Shown here in pieces: positions 61,001-64,000 of a stretch of 64,000 bases of DNA. Made by a program: the position numbers and the translations under genes. How positions within the stretch are numbered: the first letter of the stretch is position 1; every line of letters starts with the position of its first letter. Source of the stretch: Phoronis australis (Eukaryota; Animalia; Phoronida); contig NMRA01000304.1 of the NCBI GenBank assembly GCA_002633005.1, positions 399,200 through 463,199 on the forward strand, read 5' to 3'. The notes below the pieces were generated by a model. The model had not been told where the DNA came from and did no database searches. It saw only the letters and a program-made list of their open reading frames with translations.

Positions 61001-63374
61001 TTTTTACCGCAAGTTGTTGTATTTAACTAGAAGGATCTTGCTCACTTGTAGCTACGTGGCAAAGTTATAAAACAGAACTTGAGAAAGGCAACATTCATCT
61101 GCGCCAGATCGACAATGATCTTGTAGACCAGGTGTGGACCAATCAACCGCCCTCGCCCAACTCCACGATATTCGTACACGACGTGAAGTACGCAGGTTAG
61201 TCAGAAACTGTCTCTGAGTAGTATTGACATTGTGAATATTTAAGAGAACAGTTTTCTTTGTGAAGTGGATGTGTAACAATAGGATTGCAATCCAATCTTT
61301 TAATTACAAGTTGAAATGTAATAGACCTTAACCTAAGCATAAGGTAAATTTATCATCATCACCCATCATCATCAGCAGCAGCAATGTCATCATCATTGTT
61401 ACTGTGATCATCCTCTCCATCAACTTCTTCATCGCCATCATTGTCATAATCATCTCCAACTTAATCATCACCATCATTATCATCTCCATCAACTGCATTG
61501 TGGCCGTCATCATCTGTATGAAGTTCATCATCGGTGTCTTCATCATCATCTCCATCAATGTCATCGTCATCTCAATTAACATCGTCGTTGTTGCCGTCTT
61601 GCACCTATAGAATGATCATGACCATTTACCAACGCATAATTTTGTCTCCAGTGAATGTAAAAGTGGCACCTTCATTTATCATTGTATGTTCATCGTTGCT
61701 AGGCAAATCATGGCAGACGAAGGTGGATGAGATCAGAAAAGTAATGGAAAAGAAAAAGGCTGAAGCCCTGGTGGTCACTGATCTGATGGAAGTTGCCTGT
61801 ACGTATTGGTCGTCAAATTTTTCGCCCATTTTTGTTTGAAGAAGTTTCACCAGATTATTAACTGTCATGCCGAAAATTGTACGATGACGTCTTCTTACCT
61901 CAAAATCCAACTGCCGCCTGGTGGTTTCGTAATTGGCCCACTTATGTTGCACATCCAGCAGAATTAATGAGGAGCGTAATTTGGCAAGATTATACAAAAA
62001 TTTTAGGTTCTAATTAGTCACATTTCTTGTCTGATTTTCAAAATTCAAAAAACAGAACCATGTGCGCTTTTCATGAACTATTCAAATACGCTATTTAAAA
62101 ATTTCCAAACGAAAACTTAAAAATACTGTTGCCGATCCCATTGTGTTTATGATGGCTCTGATTATCTAGAAAAAGATAACATCAGCAGTCTGAGGCCATG
62201 TAATTAACTACCACAGCATGGTGTCTTTGACCAATGACCGGGAAATTTCAAGGCAAGCAAACCTTGATCTACTGGAAAATAATATTTATTTGTAAAATTT
62301 GGCTTCAGTACACTAAAATTTCACCAATTTAGGACACAGTATGGCGGATACAAGTGAATGTTTCCCTTGAGAGATATTTAGCACCAAATTAATGGGTTTT
62401 TCTTGTTCAAGGTCTTTACCATGAGCTTCCATCTGACATTGTGTTAAGAAGTTGTTGGCTTTGACAACAATGTTAGAAGCCTTTGAGTAATGAAAAGGGG
62501 TCAATTTTTGCAAATAATTTTTGTTCAAAATTGGTGATATATAGTTTTATGGTACCTGATATCCTGTAGGTATGTATGGCGTTACAAGTGAGATGAAATA
62601 AACACCTTTATACCAAGTCATGTTAAAGTTTTGAAGTTTCACAGTAATTATTTTGTTATTTTGCCGAAAAATAGTTTCCAAAGTTGTCAGTTTATGAACG
62701 CCATGTTGCAAATAATCAGAATTAATCAGCCGTAAGTTTTGTGATGGTAGTACGGTACGTTACAAACTGTGCTAATTTTAGAGTAAGAAGTTTCATTATT
62801 TTGAAAGTTGACAAATTTCACTTAATCAGCCTCGTGGTATGCTACCTTTGATTTTCAAAAGAGGGCACATCATCGAGGTGTCCCCTTTCCAGATAATTTT
62901 GCACGTCTGGTATTTGTTGAAAATGTGGACAACATGTCATATGCTCAATTTTTTGTTATTTCAAGTTTCCATAATCACCTGTCAACAGAGGGTTCGTCAG
63001 ACTTCTATTGTGGAAGTCAAGCTACTGACAATAGTGAAACCTTCCTCTTACAAGATACCTCAGTACCTGAAAAGCCCGTGGGTGGATGATCGGGCTATAC
63101 GTAATTCCAAGAATTCGCCACTCGAAACTCCTGTGGGAGCTGTTTTTGGATACCACTTTGGTATTGAGAATGATTTTGAAAGAGCCTCCAGTGCTAAATA
63201 AGCTCAGAATCACCATAAATGTTTTTGCTTTTCTATTTTCATCTTTTCACAGTTGCGGTATTGTTAACCATAACAAATGTTTTGTATTTCAGGGCTGTAC
63301 AATTTACGAGCTTCTGACATAGACTACAACCCCGTGTTTGTTGCCTACGCGATAGTCTTGAAGGATGAACTCAG
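42972..63374 (+). CDS. XPNPEP2: Xaa-Pro aminopeptidase (aminopeptidase P, M24B), signal-peptide-bearing XPNPEP2-like; 5' part only (9 coding exons, about 284 aa), continues beyond the window
   Basis: The spliced translation contains APP N-terminal motifs SAYIIPTNDAHQSEY, RRVYISGFSGSAG, AALWTDGRYFLQA, CNWILMK, DLVDQVW, GKSWQTKV and EVAWLYNLRASDIDYNPVF. The signal peptide indicates the secreted/membrane type. The catalytic domain is not in the window, so orthology to XPNPEP2 rather than another paralogue is inferred. Confidence 0.88.
44447..44972 (+). mobile_element. About 520-bp TTAA-type non-autonomous element, copy A
   Basis: Starts ttaa|ggttgtataggaccct and ends aaggtcctacatgatc; shares ttactaaaaagacatggtca and downstream sequence with copy B at 60448. 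Confidence 0.6.
51012..51095 (-). mobile_element. tRNA-derived SINE head / tRNA pseudogene
   Basis: - strand: A box tagctcagtcaggt, stem-loop ctaga-ccggcaa-tctag, B-box-like ggttcaatttc. The acceptor and T stems pair poorly. Confidence 0.55.
52307..52398 (+). CDS. Aminopeptidase P coding exon 2
   Basis: AAASPIDSEVHSREKRNIKLSYDRLKCNPGD|GTAAGT. Confidence 0.8.
52917..52967. repeat. 51-bp near-perfect palindrome
   Basis: 18-bp perfect arms gtcagttctcacaggacg / cgtcctgtgagaactgac plus inner acttgc/gcaagt. Confidence 0.9.
53172..53219. repeat. (CCCT)n/CT-rich microsatellite
   Basis: Read directly; contains an N. Confidence 0.9.
53771..53899 (+). CDS. Aminopeptidase P coding exon 3
   Basis: TQPPTRVDTLERVENLR...SAYIIPTNDAHQ. 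Confidence 0.93.
55118..55181 (+). CDS. Aminopeptidase P coding exon 4
   Basis: SEYVSDHDQRRVYISGFSGSA. Confidence 0.94.
55582..55689 (+). CDS. Aminopeptidase P coding exon 5
   Basis: GVAVVLANGSAALWTDGRYFLQADEQLSCNWILMKS. Confidence 0.95.
59322..59414 (+). CDS. Aminopeptidase P coding exon 6
   Basis: GLSGVPSLTEWLREMLPQNSFVGANPSLLTV. Confidence 0.9.
60448..60957 (+). mobile_element. About 510-bp TTAA-type non-autonomous element, copy B (right end tandemly duplicated, 31 bp)
   Basis: ttaa|tgttgtgttggaccct ... aaggccctcatataac|ttaa; collinear similarity to copy A. Confidence 0.6.
61052..61195 (+). CDS. Aminopeptidase P coding exon 7
   Basis: ATWQSYKTELEKGNIHLRQIDNDLVDQVWTNQPPSPNSTIFVHDVKYA. 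Confidence 0.92.
61352..61590. repeat. Degenerate (CAT)n trinucleotide tract in an aminopeptidase intron
   Basis: Read directly; it generates the spurious poly-Ile/Ser/Met ORFs. Confidence 0.9.
61703..61798 (+). CDS. Aminopeptidase P coding exon 8
   Basis: GKSWQTKVDEIRKVMEKKKAEALVVTDLMEVA. Confidence 0.93.
63293..63374 (+). CDS. Aminopeptidase P coding exon 9
   Basis: WLYNLRASDIDYNPVFVAYAIVLKDELR. Confidence 0.93.
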
Positions 63375-64000
63375 GTAACATAAAGGCCGAATGTCTCGAA
63401 ATCCTACCCCAGTTTTGGAAAGAAAAATATTTTCCAAAACTCTATCCTTTTTGCCAGTTTCCATGGGCCTCTAACACTGTTAAAGCCCTTGGTTTGAAAC
63501 TATTTTATGGCGGATGTCGCAGTACAGAAATTGAAATTGTTAAAGCGTGATGCTTCTTCTCTTGCGTGTTTCTTGGAAAGTATTCACCCTATTGTCCTAA
63601 ACTGGTGATATTTCACTGCACATATCTGTGCTTATCATGCTTAGGCTTATGCATGGGTCGGGCGGGGGAAGTTTCACCCCTGTGGGGTTTAACCTGGAGT
63701 TTTCTGATTATCATTCATAGGCAGGCATTGAGTTAGTCCAACATTATGGGGGGGTCACTTGTAAGCACAACTTAAAAGTCATGTTGTAGAAGACGTTATC
63801 CTAAAAGAGGCCGGAACTACATGTTTCAACATTTTGATGTGAATTTTGAAAGTATAAAGGTTGGTTACTGACATCCACATATTCCTGTATAGTGCGCAGT
63901 ATTTTTCTTTTTTACTTTGAAAAGTAAAAAATTTTTAGTTCCGTAAAGCCCCACTGCAAGTGCTGTTTTTTGTGACGTCATTGAGGCTGTACAGAACAAA

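Noticed and set aside
61328-61610. Poly-Met, poly-Ile and poly-Ser ORFs
   Set aside because: They are translations of a degenerate (CAT)n microsatellite in an intron.
3996-63374. Functional 'neuropeptide + inactivating peptidase' cluster linking the HWY gene and aminopeptidase P
   Set aside because: Aminopeptidase P needs Pro at position 2, and HWY-NH2 has none. The genes are separated by IFT88, and adjacency alone is not evidence in animals.

Overview
AT-rich, intron-rich animal genomic DNA (draft assembly with isolated N bases at 53194 and 56786). The protein sequences and TE types suggest a marine invertebrate, possibly a deuterostome; this is inference. Most ORF-track entries are spurious. 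Three spliced genes can be rebuilt by hand from GT-AG junctions with consistent phases. (1) A small + strand gene (ATG 3996, stop 6768, 3'-UTR exon from 7841) encodes a 77-aa secreted prepropeptide: signal peptide|HWY-G-KR|52-aa associated peptide. It predicts an amidated tripeptide HWY-NH2 that I cannot assign to a named family, and it is the most interesting item in the window. (2) A complete IFT88 gene on the - strand has 18 coding exons and 833 aa (39998->11214), plus three candidate frame-preserving microexons of 12, 15 and 21 nt. (3) Head-to-head with IFT88 is the 5' part of a secreted-type Xaa-Pro aminopeptidase (XPNPEP2-like) with a furin-site propeptide, running off the window end. 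The introns hold several TTAA-flanked DNA transposon relics (a 5-kb decayed element with a spliced transposase remnant, a 1.7-kb THAP/Kolobok-like element, MITEs), foldbacks, a 96-bp tandem array and microsatellites.
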